Positions 63,386 to 64,000 of a stretch of 64,000 nucleotides of DNA are shown in pieces. The notes under the pieces were generated by a model. It had not been told where the DNA came from, did no database searches, and was given only the letters and a program-made list of their open reading frames with translations. Every line of letters begins with the position of its first letter. The first letter of the stretch is position 1. The position numbers were made by a program, and so were the translations under genes. The DNA comes from Narcine bancroftii (taxonomy: Eukaryota): the NCBI RefSeq assembly GCF_036971445.1, contig NC_091478.1:104408001-104472000 (forward strand), given 5' to 3'.

Positions 63386-63627
63386 GGAAAGGTGAGACAG
63401 GCAATCTGAATTAAATATTCTCGAAAAGATTGTACAAGTAGAAACAAGACCAAGAGACCATGGATGGGAGCTTGTTGCTTCAGCATTACTGACTCTAATG
63501 GAAGCAAGTCTCAGGAAATCAAGGCATATTCGTTGCTTATGGTTAGGGAATGGAGCAGGGGGAAAATATCAGCTTTAAACTCTTTACTGTTAAGAATATA
63601 TGCTGCTGCGTGAGAAAATAATATGGT

Positions 63628-63832
63628 ATTGAGGATTTAACGTGACTGAATGAACTCAGAGACAAGTGAGGAGTACACACACGCTTTTAATAGCTTACAA
63701 TCAATGGCCAGTAGGCACAATAGTCCTTGGGTGAATCTGAGGTAAGACGGGAAAACCAGGATTTATATTGGGGTAGGTGAGGGTGAAGCCAGCCATCTGA
63801 ACAATACATACAGTGAATTCCAGTTCACTGCA
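63628..63832 (-). mobile_element. Possible short solo LTR
   Basis: Minus strand has TG start, TATAAA and ATTAAA in LTR order; no clear TSD. Confidence 0.35.
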
Positions 63833-64000
63833 GGGTGTGTGGAATATTATGACATGAACAAATTAACTAAAGGAGTAACAAAACCCCTGTTCTTGACACT
63901 AACCAATTCCTGAGTTATTTATTTTGAAAGTTAGTCCAGCAACAAAAGTGATTGACCGAACAATCCTAGCTCTACTTAAAAACCTTGAAAAGTTATCTCA

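Overview
AT-rich vertebrate non-coding DNA. The repeat inventory points to a cartilaginous fish, probably a ray (inference): HE1/V-SINE-like tRNA SINEs, SacSINE1/DeuSINE-like remnants, CR1/HER1-type LINEs, Rex1/Babar, L1/Tx1, Penelope-like elements, solo LTRs and hAT MITEs. I found no intact host protein-coding exon, RNA gene or CRISPR array; every ORF I can recognise is a transposon remnant or a repeat translation. The window looks like a gene desert or giant intron with several repeat-free, motif-rich islands (candidate conserved enhancers and one good CTCF site). The best-supported unusual structures are: (1) a composite hAT element made of two palindromic MITEs around a captured ~112-bp spacer, present in 3 copies; (2) Penelope-like elements with inverted tails, hammerhead-ribozyme-like cores and short hairpin derivatives; (3) a higher-order minisatellite apparently born from a CR1 3' end; (4) solo LTRs with clean TSDs, one holding a nested CR1; (5) a 42-bp locally templated insertion; (6) a Charlie/Buster transposase fossil. 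Family names come from motif recall, not database searches. Most repeat boundaries are approximate unless a TSD is quoted.
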